Of a stretch of 64,000 nucleotides of DNA, positions 39,001 to 53,000 are shown in pieces. The stretch spans positions 11,262,867 to 11,326,866 of the forward strand of contig NC_081387.1 of assembly GCF_030684315.1 (NCBI RefSeq). The letters run 5' to 3'. This DNA comes from Stegostoma tigrinum. Taxonomy: Eukaryota. The notes under the pieces were generated by a model that was given only the letters and a program-made list of their open reading frames with translations, did not search any database and had not been told where the DNA came from. Position numbers and translations under genes: made by a program. How positions within the stretch are numbered: position 1 is the first letter of the stretch; every line of letters begins with the position of its first letter.

Positions 39001-40690
39001 GACAGACACATAAATATTGATTGGAAAATAAAGGCTGTAAATGAATGGATCACTGGGAATGCAATTCAGTGGTTTCTGTTTTCAAAATGATTCTGTGCTT
39101 CTTGTGCTGGTCAAAATGCTGTTTCTCAGTCATCCGCACCCCCCCCCCCCCCGCCCCCGCTTCTGATTCCACTGTTTTCCAAGATGCAAAGAGTGTTTGA
39201 TCCAATGACAAATGCCACAAACTTAATCATGAAAATTCATAGCACCTACTGAATAAAAAATAAGCTGGTTTTCTTCAGGTTTAAAGCCACTCACTGTGCA
39301 CAATGGCAGAAGACAGACAGAGAGAGCTCCTGACTGGTAGTTATCTAATGGCTTCTCAGTATATTGCTCTCATCCCAAGATGTTCCGTTCCCTGAGAACA
39401 AATCACATGGGTGATGATGTCTGCCATTGGTAACTGATCAGTAATTCACAACTTAATTTGCTGCTTTGGCCAATTCTATTTGTATACAAACTGTTGGCTC
39501 CAGTTCATCTCTAAAATTGCTGTAATCAATACTGGTGTAAATAGAGTTCACAATAAATCTCAAATTATTTGCCTACATGCAGAAATCCTTGGTTTTTGAA
39601 ACCCTAAGATGAAGCAGTAGATGCAGGACATTTGTTCAATCAAGTCTACTCTGTGATTCAATCAGTTCTCAGCTGATCTTATAATCTTCAACTCTATATT
39701 TTCATCTTTGCCCCATGGCCCTTGATACTCACAGTCTGTATAACCTGAAGTCGTAGTGGACTCGCCAACCTTAAGGGCATTTAAATGGTCATTGGATAAA
39801 CATATGGATGATAATGGAATAGTGTAGGTTAGATGGGCTTCAGATTGGTTAAACAGATTGACATAACATCAAGGGCTGAAGGGCCTGTACTGCGCTGGAA
39901 TGTTCTACGTTCTATGTTCTATCACTTTGGGCACCACAACCCTTTTTTGCAGCTTGAGTCTTTTAGATGACTCCTCATTAGCCAACACCAGTACAAGAGG
40001 AGAGCAAAAAAGGCGGATAGCACTGAGCATTCATTATTTACAGGAGCGAGACAACAGCCACATAAGGATGAAGGAGAGATGATCATTAGGCTTATAACTG
40101 CAAATTAAAATAAAGCAGAAGAAAGCAAACACAATGTGTGTCATAAATAAAATAAGTGGCAAGGCAACAACAATGATAAAAGGGAATAGGACAGGAGAGG
40201 TGAAGTGGCGGACATAAAAGTGTGAGTTAGGAATTAAATCATGACTAGAGATATCAAAACAACAGGCAAGTTAACATTCAAATGGTTGTGAGTAGAAAAT
40301 AAATGAACATCAAGATTAAAAATAGGTAAGAGAGTAGACAACAACAAAAATAGAGAGGTGACAGTACTGATATTAAAAGACAATGAAGAAAGAGTAATGA
40401 CTAATGATAATGAAATGCAATCTTGTTGACAATACAATGTAATATGTCAGAAAGAAGGCAACAACAAAAATAAAATAGAATATTAGACAGACAACTAAAC
40501 TTTCTGAAAGTGAATGAAACTTCAGTCCTGGAAATCTTTAAATGAGATCAAGGCTCACAGACTTGGAGATCATTATAATTGCTCTGCTGGGAATAAATTT
40601 CACAAGAATATAGAACTTACCAGGCACTCCAACTACAGCGAGGATAGGATAGTATTTGGATGTAATTGGAGACATTTGTGTTTGGAACAT
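37554..40690 (-). CDS. GPR139-like: GPR139/GPR142-like class A GPCR, intact, 2 exons (40690-40621, 38449-37554), 321 aa
   Basis: Exon 1 MFQTQMSPITSKYYPILAVVGVP|gtaagt splices in phase 1 to ctcgtag|(V)NLVAIVIL. 7TM with DRF and SCCINTAIY. Close paralog of 22269-24649, including intron and upstream sequence. Confidence 0.92.
38935..38998. repeat. (CA)n microsatellite in GPCR intron
   Basis: Direct inspection. Confidence 0.97.
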
Positions 40691-42319
40691 TCTAAGTGTG
40701 CTGTAAAATCTTGTTGTGGTAGAGATGATTGATGTACTTTTGAGTATAAGGCAAAAATATTGAGGTTTTATACAGTAAAGCAAATCTCCAGTGATGCTGT
40801 AAACCAGCAGCCCTAATTGAATTTGAATCAAGGCACGAAATATTCAAATCCCTTATTCCAACTGGGTTTTCCCTGTGGAAGGCATTAAGCAAAGATAAAA
40901 TTTCATCTGCACCTTTGGGAGCAACAGTAAGACCTTAAAATAATAACGCAATATATTCTGACTTTAAGCCAAGTAAATAATGAAGATTACTTCTAAAGTT
41001 AAGTGGCAGTGGTGATCATTGTATTTAATGTCTGGAAACGTTTTAGCCATATTCTTTACCTCTATATCATGTGTCTCCCAAATATCTAGCTCTTGTTCAT
41101 ATTGTAACTCTATCACCCCAATTTTCCACTGTGACAAATGGCACATGGCAGTGTCTCCTATCCTGTTTGTTCATATTCACTTGGTTTTTCTTCCTTTTGA
41201 TTATATTCTTCACTCCAGAATGATCTCTCCCTCACATGGTGTGAAAGGGAAATGATAGACATTCTCAGTAAGCAATAAAAATTTGAGAACTGAAAAATAT
41301 GACAATAAAACTGATTGAATTGAGTTGAACTCAAGGAATAGTCCTACAACTTGTGCTGCTATTCAACAAGATCATGGCTGCATTTTTGTTTGAACTCCAC
41401 ACTCCTCATCTCTCCAGATATCCCTCGATTACTTATCATATTTTAAATGAAAAGGCTCTTTGTTTTTTTTCCAGTCTTAATGTTATTCAATAATAGAGCA
41501 CCAAACATTTTGCAGCAGAGAATTCCAAATATTCACAACCACCAGAGTAGACAGATCTCTCCTCATGTCAGTCCTAAATGATTGACTGCTTATTGTGAGG
41601 ATGTGTCTCCATGCTCCCCAGCTCAGGGACTCAGTCGCTGAATCTATACCATTTGGTGCATCTTCTGATGTTCCGTGGAAAGGTCTGAGGCTTTGCCTGT
41701 TGATTTAATATGTTAACTCTGCTTATATCCGCTGATGCTGCATGACCTGCTGAGTATTTCCAGCAATATTACTATTGCTATTACCAACTGAGATTCTGTG
41801 TCAGTGAGATCACCTATTATTCTTATAAACTCACAGCCTGGGCCTAAATGTGAATGATCTAACAATTAAAGTAAAACTTCCTTGTTCGATTATAATAATT
41901 ATCTTCCAATAAAAGGACTAAGATTCCTCATGGAATGCTGCATCTGCACACTTATCTTTTATATTTTAGATCTGAGTACACAGAGGTTTCTCTAAACACT
42001 TTAACTTTCAGAGTTTAGGAAATGTTCCGCTTTTTTCGGCTTCAAAAGAAATTAAACAACCTCCTTACACTGCAGTCTGCTGTGATCTTGGTACCAAAAC
42101 ATTTAAACTCATCGAGACTTCTTACCGTTTATTGTTTCAAATTCATATCATATAATTTCACCCGGTTTATATCATCAACAAAATTGGTGACTTTAAACGC
42201 ATCTGAGACAAAAATTGAGATTCCAGCTCCAGTTCCTCATGAGATTTCACGAGGAACAACTGATCAATTTGAAAAAGCATCAGTTATGCCTGCTGTCTGC
42301 TTCCTCTCTGTCATACATT

Positions 42320-42560
42320 CCTACAGCCTGGGAGAGGTATGCAGCAAGTCAGTAAGACTGTGCAGCACACTGGGGAGAGTGTGCAGAGAATCAGTATTGC
42401 AATGAAGCAGGCCAGGAGGAGTGTGTGACACGTCAGCGTCACTGCAGCAAGTCAGCATCACAGTGAAGCAGACTGGGAGAAATGTGCAGCAAGTCAGCAT
42501 CACAAGGAACAGCCTGGCAAAAGTGGATATGTGTGAGAAGTGTAACAGAGGCAGGAGATC
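42320..42560. repeat. Degenerate tandem repeat (core gcagcaagtcagcatcaca..ctggga)
   Basis: gcagcaagtcag recurs near 42341, 42444 and 42486, with related units in between. Confidence 0.55.
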
Positions 42561-43389
42561 ATAAATGCAGAAAGGAAACCGTTCAACCTGTTCTTCTGTG
42601 TCATAGCCAAAGCATGATGTCATTGGAAAACAAACAGGTGATGTGTGTGTGTGTTTTTAATCACATTCTTTTGAAAGGCCATGCGTTTTAGTTCAGGTCA
42701 TGTCAGTACTTCTGAAGGGTAGAGTTAGGAAAATCAGAGTTAAAATATTCAGAGGTAGTACCTGAGGAGTTGCGAATGCTGCTGAAAATTGTACAGTCAT
42801 TATGCTTCAAACATATTCAAATTAATACATTATATGGAATAGAGATTTCTGGGCAGATAATGTATATGGCTGTACTGTGCTGGAGCTGATGGATAATAGT
42901 GTGATCCATGTTGAACACCATCTTGATGAAGTCTTGGATGCTTGATTGATTTCAGCTCAGATGGTCAGGGAGTGGAGAGTTACTTGAACACTGTTTCATA
43001 TTCAGACATATCCCTTAGATTGATGAGATAAAATTTGGGCACTGATTAGGGACAAGAGAATATGACTGTGAATGAGACAGGTATTGGAATGTAGAAATTA
43101 GTATTGGCCGAGACTCAACCAGTGTCTTTGTGAAATAGATACGAGGTTATTGTTCCTGTGTGGGGGTGAGCACAGACTGCTGGGAGGTTAAGCAAACTGA
43201 CCAAAGCAGCATGACACAGGCAACTGGGTGGAGAAAAGCGGAATGTAATAGAATGATGATGGCATATTACCATGGGAATACATTCTGTTCTCTGCAGAAA
43301 ATACAAAGAGTGCCTTTTTGGTGCCAAAATTCAAGGCACCTCTCTTCTGAGCCAAACAGGAGTTTGAAATGAAAGGGGAAAGAAACAGT

Positions 43390-44040
43390 TATTGTTGTCA
43401 ATGTGTGAAGCAACTTCAAAGGTAGGGCTTGGATAAAGGTTCTTCTGAGGGATTATGTGCAGCATGATGATTGTACAATTTTCAGCAGCCTTCGCAACTC
43501 CTCAGACACTAATCATTACCTCTTGATATTCATTGACATTGTCACCACTGAATCCTCCTCTATCAACAGCCTGTGGCTTGTCTTTGACCAGAAACTCAAC
43601 TGGACTCACCACATAAACACACTGGTTACAACAGCAGGTCAGAGTCTTGGAAAATACTGCAGCATGTTATCACCTCCTGACACCCCAAAGCCAGACCACC
43701 ACAAGACAGGAATGTGACGGAATACTTCCCACCCACCGGGGTATATGCAGCTCCAACAACATGGAAGAAACTTGACACCATCCAGGATAAAACAGTTTGC
43801 TTGATCAGCACCACATCCACAAGCGTCCATTTCCCTCCACCAGTGACACTCAGCAGCAGCAATGTGTACGACTTACAACATACACTGCAGAAATTCACCA
43901 AAGATCCTTTTCCTGCATTTTTCAAACCAATAACCATTGACATTTAGAAGGACAAAGGCAGCGGTCACATGAGAACACCAACTCCTGCAAGTTCCCCTTC
44001 AATTCACTCACCATCTTGACTTGGAAATATTTTGTCATGA
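43390..44040 (+). mobile_element. CR1/L2-superclade LINE 3' fragment (second family; related piece at 31490-31870)
   Basis: ORFs with DQKLNWTHHINTL and AAPTTWKKLDTIQDK. Shares gcagcag..tgca..tacaa..cactgcagaaattcac with 31730-31780. Confidence 0.65.
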
Positions 44041-44414
44041 TATATTGTGAACCTCTCCAGACCTTTTCCATCCATTTGTTACACCAGTTTGTCTCTCTTT
44101 GTGACCTTGTGTCTGTGACGGTATGCAGGGTTTGTTTGTCTATAGATAGCAGTGAAAGTTTTAACTGTCAGAGTTAGATGTCCAAAGTTTGTATTGGTGT
44201 CACTAAAGTTAGAACCTATTTTTCTGGACTAAAGAATATTTCTTGTTAAATCAAAACCTGGCCCATACTTTCTGTTAACATGAATTGATCAACAGGTAAA
44301 TTGAGGACGTTTGATGCTGTAATAAAATATTTAAATTTTGGGACAGCTGAGCTTTATTTCCAGTGTGATAATCCAACGGGACATGACAAGGAGCATTCCT
44401 GCACTTCCCCTTCA

Positions 44415-44755
44415 TTATTCATTCATGGGATGAGGGTGTCACAGGCCAGGCAGCAGTTATTGTCCATCCCTTACTGCCCAGAGGGCAGTTAAGAGTCAGC
44501 CACATTGCTGTGGGGCTGGAGTCACATGTCGGCCAGGCCAGATAAGATGGCAGTTTCCTTCCCTACAGGAAATTAATGAACCAGATGGGTTTTTCCTGAC
44601 AATGGAATCACAGTTGTCACGTGATTCTTGTTTCCAGATATTTATTGATTTCAAACTTCACCATCAGCTGTGGTAGGATGTCAACCTGTATCCCCAGAAC
44701 GTTCTCCAGGGATAATAAATCCAGTGGATAACATCACTCGGCCATCGCTCCACGA
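44415..44755 (-). mobile_element. tRNA-derived SINE (non-HE1; related copies ~4500-4690 and ~48375-48710)
   Basis: Shared body ctggttcattaatttcctgtagggaaggaaactgcc...ctggcc...gtgactccagccccacagcaatgtgg. Its 3' tail resembles the LINE end at 6370-6450. Confidence 0.55.
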
Positions 44756-45629
44756 TCCCCGTCATCAGTTGCTCAGTGATTTGGACTGGGCTGAGCTGAG
44801 TGGAGCGGTGGTTTGCCACACAGAATGTGTTCTGCTCACTCACTGGCGGATAGATCCTCCTTATCAAACTCTCTCCTCACCCGAGGTCTAGCGGCGCTAA
44901 GGTTAAACAACCCTCCGTGTCTCTTTAATGAGAGAGAAGCCCTTAGACCCTGCAGTGCTGAGGCGACTTTTACTTTTACACCTGCATGCTGTACCTGAGA
45001 CCCAAGGACTAAAAAAGGAAGAGAGTTGAGAACAAAATTGTCCCAAACGTTAAAATCTAATGCAAATATTGTAGGTATCTGATTCTCACCAATTTCTGTC
45101 AGTTCCCATGTTGCTAGCTTCCGGTCTGCTTTGGCACCGTTTACATGCGTTTTTGCTACTTGTCAATGAGGCCTTGCTTACTTGCTTACCTCTCGCCAGA
45201 ATATTTATAGAACAGCATCTGCAAGAGCATCTGCTCACTGAGGTTAAGAAGTGACACTCGGCAACAGCAAAGCCTATCGGCATTGACAAAGCCTGGGCGT
45301 CTCAGTGGGACGTGTGAAAACTGAAGTACAGGGACTACGTGCGACCTGACAGCTCAACCTGCTGTCGTTCACTGCGCAGCGGGCAACCTGTCAACGCCTC
45401 CGGTGCAGAACGGCCTCATTGTGCTCCTTGTCTCAACTGCACGCACCATGCAGTTCCGGGTCCAGGCGGTCAGAGTGAGGCGGAGGAACTAAAGGAAATT
45501 AACAGGGAGATGGTACATAAGAGGAATTTCAGGAGAAACACAGCAGGTCTGGCTGCATCTGTTCAGCGAAAGCAAGGTGTCTGCTGTGAACAAGGATTTC
45601 TCGAAAAGCTAGGCAGGTAAGTATTAGGC

Positions 45630-45880
45630 GTGTAGATAGATAGATGGACAGATAGATGGACAGGTAGATACGTACATACCTACATATATAGATGGATATA
45701 GTTGGGTAGATCNNNNNNNNNNNNNNNNNNNNNNNNNNNNNNNNNNNNNNNNNNNNNNNNNNNNNNNNNNNNNNNNNNNNNNNNNNNNNNNNNNNNNNNN
45801 NNNNNNNNNNNNNNNNNNNNNNNNNNNNNNNNNNNNNNNNNNNNNNNNNNNNNNNNNNNNNNNNNNNNNNTAGATAAGTG
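45630..45880. repeat. (TAGA)n-type simple repeat running into an assembly gap (N 45713-45870)
   Basis: Direct inspection. Confidence 0.9.
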
Positions 45881-47339
45881 GACAGCCACATGATGAAACA
45901 GATTCTTCAAACTGCATTTATCATCGATTTGCGGATAGAATAAGCGCAAAAAAGTAAAATTTTGATGAATGCTGTGGACCCATCTAATTTATTCGTCGAT
46001 TTCTCTATGTTCTCTGCCTATGACAATGGTCTGTACACAAGTAGCCCAAGATCCTTCTGATCCTGCACTCACTTCAGAATTGAACATTTACTCTCCACGC
46101 GGCCTTCTCATTCCTCATGCCTTCTTTGAATCAATTCATTTTCCTGCATTGATCCGATTTGACCCTGCCACTTGCCCTTCTGTCCCGCTGTGTTTTTAAT
46201 TATAAATTATATCGCTCTCCTGCTCACTGTTAGCAATAGTTCTGATAGAAAGTTCTGAAAGGAAAGGTTTGCAAATTCCCTGCACTGGTTCACTGAGTCA
46301 TTTCTCTCACCGATTTCTGAGTTAATCACATGAGCTATTGGCCTGGAGTCGAGCAAACGACAAAACTATTTGTTTCGTGAGGCCTGCGTAAATGAAAGCC
46401 CTTCCGACAAGTCCCAGCTGTTTTAAAAGATGCAAGAAGAAGGCATCGACAGCTGCCTTTTGGGAATTGCGTTCCTGGTCGAATCTATCATTGCTCGCTT
46501 TGAGAACCACTTTATGACTTAGTCGTGACGGACTGTTGGAAATAATTATTGTAGATACATGGAAACATGGAAGATCAGCCACGATCTCATTGAATGGTGG
46601 AACAGGTTCGAGGGTCTGAATGGCCTACCCCTGGTGCTCTACTCTTATGTCTTTTCATTTCAGTCATGAATGCACAATGCAGGTAACTGAATTTTCAGCT
46701 ACCATTATTATCCACCTTACTGGTTACAATGTTTCATGTTAGAAACGCATTCCCCCGCCCCTCATTGCCCTTCACACCACCACTCTCTATCACCTCACTG
46801 CAACTCTAACCTTCCTACCTCAGCAAAAATTCTCACGTTTCAAACATGACTTTCCAGTTCATAACAAATAAGAGCACATTCACTTTTTTTTCTGATGCTG
46901 TTCTTTTTTTTTCTTCAATGCATTGCCAAGTCTACCTTTTAACATTTATCCAAGTTACCCTGCCTTGCCTGTAATTCCGTGCTCTCTCTCTTCTCTCTCT
47001 CTGCCTCCTTTCCTGGACAGGTCTGCTACACTCCATCACTTCCAACTCGAGTGGACTAGCTGGAGAAAGGAAGGGATTTTGGAAACTCATCACCAGCCTC
47101 TCCACTATCGCACACCTTCTTTCCCTAGGGAATCGAGTCGTGGGGATTCGTGGGATTTTGTTTCTCTTTTCAGTTTCTCGGGAACTTTTTTTTTCTCCTT
47201 GTTGATTTTGCTGGGAGAGTGTGCCTGTGCCCAAAGGCATGCAGCTTGCCCATGAAAGCAGCATTTGCACGTCAACCAGCAAGAGAGCCAGTGAGGGGCA
47301 ATTCCATCCATCATTGCCCGCCTATCCCCGTCTGGAGGG

Positions 47340-47930
47340 AAAATTGAGTTCGAGAGGTTATGCTGCAGCTCCATAAAACCTGGTTAGACTACACTTGGAA
47401 TATTGTACTCAGTTCTGGTCATCTCATTATAGGAAGCATATGGAAGCTTAAGAGAGGGTGCAGAGGAGGTTTCTCAGGATGCTGCCTGGAATGGAGGGCG
47501 GGTCTTACGAGGAAAGTTGAGGGAACTAGGGCTTTCTTCATTGAAGCGAAGAAAGATGAGTGGTGGCTTGATAGAGGTGTACAAGATGATGAGGCATAGA
47601 TAGAGTGGATAGCCAGATACTTTTTTCACAGGGCGGAAATGACCAATATTGAGGGGGCATAATTTTAAGGTGGATAGTGGAAGTTATGGGGCAGATGTCA
47701 AAGGTGGGTTCTTTACACAGAGAGTGGTCACCGTGTGGAATGCGCTGCTGGCAGTGGTCGTGGAGTCAGATATATTAGAGACATTTAAGCGACTCTTGCA
47801 TAGACACAAGGAGGATAGCAAAATGTGGGATATGCGGGGTTGTTTGATTTTTCGAGGATAATAGGTCGACACAACATCGTAGGCCGAATGGCCTGTACTG
47901 TGCTGTACTGTTCTATATTTAATGTCCTAC
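47340..47930 (+). mobile_element. CR1 LINE 3' end
   Basis: MLQLHKT.., RGHNFKV...GFFTQRVVTVWNAL, and 3' UTR ggccgaatggcctgtactgtgctgtactgttcta. Confidence 0.85.
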
Positions 47931-50057
47931 GTGCTAAGTTAAATATCACCTCTGAGCACAGATAGGAGAATCCGTCGGGTGCTGTTATGGGACTTGGGGT
48001 CTATATGTGTTTTTTTTTTGGTCTCGCTCCAGGGTATGTTGGAGTCTCAGGCGGGTGGGTTGTACATGCTTACAGCCTAGAAGCAGACTATTCGGCCCAC
48101 TGAGGTGCACATTGTCCCCTGAAATACCAAACACTCCCGGATTTTTCCATAGCTTTGAAAATGAACTCGCTTCAAGGACATGTCAACGTGAGCATGGCTG
48201 ATCTTTACTTTCCTGCCCGCTCCCCGTAACCCCAGTGATATTACTCTCCACGTGGCCAACGCCCAAGCTCAGTACAGTCCCTGTCCAAGATTGCATCTAC
48301 CCCGAGTCTGCCCATTTCTCCAGTTCTACCCTGTTTGCGCTGAAGTCAGTTACAGCGCCTTCTTGAGAGCGTGGACGGTGGCGCAGAGACAATGTCACTG
48401 AACTGGTCAATCCAGAGGCCAATGGGGCAGGTTTCAAAAGGCATTAAAAAATCAAAATTCCAGCAAGTGCTGTAATTTGAATGAGCAAACGTGGGGTATA
48501 AAACTCACGTCAGTGATGGTGACTGCGAAAACTATTGTTTACAATCGCCCCACGGGTGAGAGTCAGTCTTAGTGGAGCCTGCAGAGCCGCCCCTTTATGA
48601 TTCATGCTCGACTGCCCGGTGAATGGTCTGAGAACGCAGCCACGCTGCAGATCCATTAGATTTGCGACACAAATGCTGACCTTTTCAGCAGAGTGTCCAT
48701 CCCACAAGGAAAATAGTTGTTTGACCAGTCTCTACCACGAAGCGCCCTTCTAAAAACTTGTCCATTCATGCAATCTCATGGGGGATGCCTTCAAGAACAG
48801 CTGGACATTTTGAGGTGTGAAATGCTTTATTACCCTGTCCAACTCTATTTTGATTCAATCCACACCGTCCCCCCTCACATTTGTCACGTAAATATTGCCC
48901 TCATCAGGCTTTGCTTGTTAATGGTTCCCTGACCATGTGGCTGTTTTTCCTGGTGGTGCAAGTGTAGTAAAGCGGTAACTGTTTACAGGGTCACTGCATC
49001 TACAAACACAACCACGGCGTGCAGGGGGAGCTTAGGGGTTAAAAATAAAAGTTGAATCGTACAGGACAGAAGTAACCGTTTGGAGTATGAAATCTATGAA
49101 CATTAACGTATATTAATACCTGCATTCGCCCATTTTCCCGCACTAGGCCCAAAGCCTTTAATGTTATGACACTGCAGTTGCTGATCCAAGTACTTTTTAA
49201 GGGTTATAGGATGCCCGCCCTCAACTACCCTCCCAGGCAGAGCGCCCCTCATCTCACACCACACTCTCGGTGAAACAACCTTTTCTCAAATCCAGCACCG
49301 CTCCCCCCAGCACACCCCTTACCCACCAACCCTCTATCCTTTCATTTTAAAAGTGTACCTCTTGTGATAGACTCTTCAGCAAAAGGGTACAGCTGTTTTC
49401 TATTTACCCTGACCATACCCCTCACAATCTCATACACTTCTACCATGTACCCCACCACCTCACCCCCCAACCCCCACTAACTGTCTCTGCTCTGAAGAAA
49501 ACGACCTGAGTTTACGGAGTCTCTCTGCAGAACTGAAGTGTTCCAGCCATCACAACATCTTGGCTGATTCCCTCTGCCCCTCCTTCCCGTGCAATCACCT
49601 CCCTCCTGCCGTGTGCTGACTAGATCTGCACGTACTACTCTCGCTGTGGTCAAACCAAAGTGCTGTACAGCTCCAACATGACCTCGTTGCTGTTTTAGTC
49701 TGTGCCTTAAGTGATAAAGGCAAGTGCCCTGTGTGTCTTCTGAACTCCCCAATGTCCCTCTCCTACCACCTCCACGGAAATTTAGACAAGTTCACTCTGC
49801 CTTTATAGCTTCTTAGAGTCTCTCCATTCATTGAATACTCCCTTGTCTTGTTCCAAGTCTTATGCGTGGGTTTAGAAACATAAACTGAAACTATTTGTCT
49901 GCGTGAGAAAAAAAAACGAAACGCTTGCTGTCTGTTTTCTTGTGTTTTTCCCGCCCCCATATCCGGAAATAGAACAGAAGTTCATTGGTCTGTTGAATGA
50001 CTCGTTTGTGCCAATCCATACGTTACTTGCATTATCAATCGACCAGCTGCAGGGAGA

Positions 50058-53000
50058 ATGTACTGCATTACAGTTACCTGGATCACCGCTGTACTCTCAG
50101 GTAAGCAGGTTAAGACATGGATTGGCACAAGGCTCGCACTAGCATGCATGATGTATTCTCAAATTTTTGCCTTTTTTGAAGCCGAGGCACCTTAATATCT
50201 TGGGGCTGCAGTTAATACATGCTGCCTGATCAACACGAACATATCTCCAAACGGAAATTCACTGAGGCAGTTGCTTTACAGAGACGCTTTGCAGTGACTT
50301 ATGGTGAACTGAAGTGTTTAATTGAAGGGCTAACAGCGCAAAGGAAAATACAGCGTCGATATTGGAAATGGTAGGATAGGCAAAAGATGAGTCAAATATC
50401 ACTGGTTAAGATGAGCAAGGAGTTGAGGATAGTCCTTGATACATAGGCGCATCGAGAAAAGGAATGAGAGCAGTGAATTGTTCTCCTATATACCCAGTCT
50501 CAGTGAATGAATAGCCGCTTTCTCCGCCGTAGGATTGCAGGATGCTTTTCATCCAACAGAATCCAAATATGCCCTATTCCTTACAACTTAGGGTGGGAGA
50601 GATGCAGTGCTGCTGAATGTAAGCAAGCACATTGCTCGATGGTTTTCTGCGCAACCCTGATTAACTGGAGCCGTTTAAGGGAACAAATACAGATGCAGAA
50701 AATAGGGGCAGGTGTCGGAGTTCGACCGCTGTAGCCTGCTCCACCATACATTCTGTTCGTGGCCAATTACCTAACACAACGGCCTGCTCCTGCTATAACC
50801 CTATATGTTTCACTCCTTTTAGACCAAAGTGTATATCTAATTCCTTTTTGAAAACAGTTGATGTTTTGGCCTCCGTTGCTTTCTGTGGCACAGAATTCCA
50901 CAGGTTCACCGCTCTCTGGGTAAAGACGTTTCTCCTGTTTTCGATGCTAAATGGACTACCCCGTATTCTCAGACTGGGACCCTGATTCTGGCCTCGCCAA
51001 CTGTCGGGAGTACCCTTCCTCGTTTACCATAATATCTAGTCCTGTTTCTATGAGTTCCCTCCCACCATCTCTTAGTTCTTAGTTATAATCCTAACACAAC
51101 CTTCCCCTAGTTCTTCATTTGAAGTCATAGATGTGCACTGTCTCCGACATACTAAACATTTCCTTGACCAGGCATTTACGAAAATTGATAAACAGTTCTG
51201 AACGAAGCGTTCACAGGTCATTTATTGTGCCTAATGCGCCGTTCAACGCCTGGTAATATCTCTACATGAAAGGAGGAAATTTGTTTAACTGGGATAGTAC
51301 TCCTCAGTAGCACGGTGATGCGGGCGAGGAGACAGTTTTGCAGTGGTACGCAGATCGCATAGTGCCCATTTAACACTATCGATCTGAACAGAAGCAGCTT
51401 CCAACTGGAAGGTACATGCATCACGCTGGTGAAATCCGAGATGGTTTTATTTTCTGTTTGGGATTACTTCACTCTTCTTAGTTATATGAAAAAAAAAGAA
51501 ATGATACTTTGTCGGGGACAACCTGAAACTTGAGTTAGCTTATGAGATTCGGACGAACATCAAGTTGCAACATAGAAATGGGATCCATTATCAGAAGAAT
51601 TTAACGATAACCATCACGTGGAGCAAGTGATAGGTCTTGAATGTGCCATGATAAGCATAATTTGGATTAAAACTGGAATTAAATAATGTGTTTTTAGAAA
51701 AGAAAAGGAATGCAGTTTTTTTGAAGTTTGTCTTACCCACTTACAGCAGTTGCTGTTGGAAATATCACAGTTATTCAGAGCCCGGACTCTCTCACCAAAA
51801 CGCCGGGCCAGACAGCGCGCCTGGGCTGTACGTATCAGGGACCCAGCGGCATCGGCAGCTACACGTGGCACCGGGGGAACAAGCGGGGGAATGAAGTCTC
51901 CAACAACACAGCGGAGTTCCGAGGCCGGGTGTTGGCGGCGGGCCAAGGGGATTTCAGGGACAGGAGAGACGCCTCGATCAGAATCGTTGATCTGAAACCG
52001 GAGGACACCGGGTTCTATATCTGCGAGGTGGCTTTCATGGGAATGCGGGAAGCCTATGGAGCAGGGACCACACTGACAGTGACGCGGGGTAAGTGCGGGG
52101 CAGCCGAGTTATTCCTAACGAAACAATATGGACCTAATCATGGAAATTCATTCCAGTAATGTATTTCTTTTCGTCTTTAGGCAAACTATCCACTCTGTTA
52201 ACCCAAACTGCTATCTCTACAGTAACGACATCAACCTCAGGTACCCCTTCAATTACCACACTATCCGGGCTTGGAATGATCAATATCTTGCAGTACCTGA
52301 CTCAAAATCCTGTTATGCCCTCCCTAATAAACACTGTAGGTGTGTAAGAACAGATAAACCACCGTGTTGAGGCGGAAACAAGGAGTTCGAAACTGTCCCA
52401 CCGTGTAATGACATTATAGCTGATCTGTAAAATAACGTCATATATCTGTCTTTGGTATTTAACCTTTGCATAACAAAAAATACTCCCTCAGATTTAAATT
52501 AACAGCAGATTTAGCATCCACTACAGTTTTGTGTGGAGAGCTCCAAATATCTACCACCCTTTGTATGTAGAGGCGCTTCCTGATATCTCTCCTGAACGGT
52601 CTGGCCTCAGTCTCAGACTATGCCCCTTAATTCCAGAAAACTCGCTCAGTGGAAATAGTTTTAATCAAGTGGCTCGTCATCTTCAGAAGGAAGCCGCTTT
52701 AGAGGTTCACAATGAATACTGAACTTCTCAGCGGTGGCTGAATTCCCCAGAAGTAATGATTGAGATTATTAAAATTGGATTTCAAACAGTTTTGGGCAAT
52801 CGTTTAACAAGTAATCGGTCATTGGGTGCAAGTGGGGAATTGGAATGCTAACGAGGGCAATAGATGGGACTTGGGGTATTTCAGCGGGTGAAATAACACC
52901 CGGCAACCAATGGCCCGAAACTGATAGCAGTGTCTTAAAGTTCCTGAATTAACGTCCCGATTGTGCCCCCTGAAGAATTGGAAACTCTCCTTTCGGCCGC

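Noticed and set aside
51747-52100. Rearranging Ig/TCR V segment
   Set aside because: The J-like YGAGTTLTV strand is encoded in the same exon and is followed directly by a splice donor. No heptamer-nonamer RSS was seen at the V end, and the motifs match non-rearranging NKp30.
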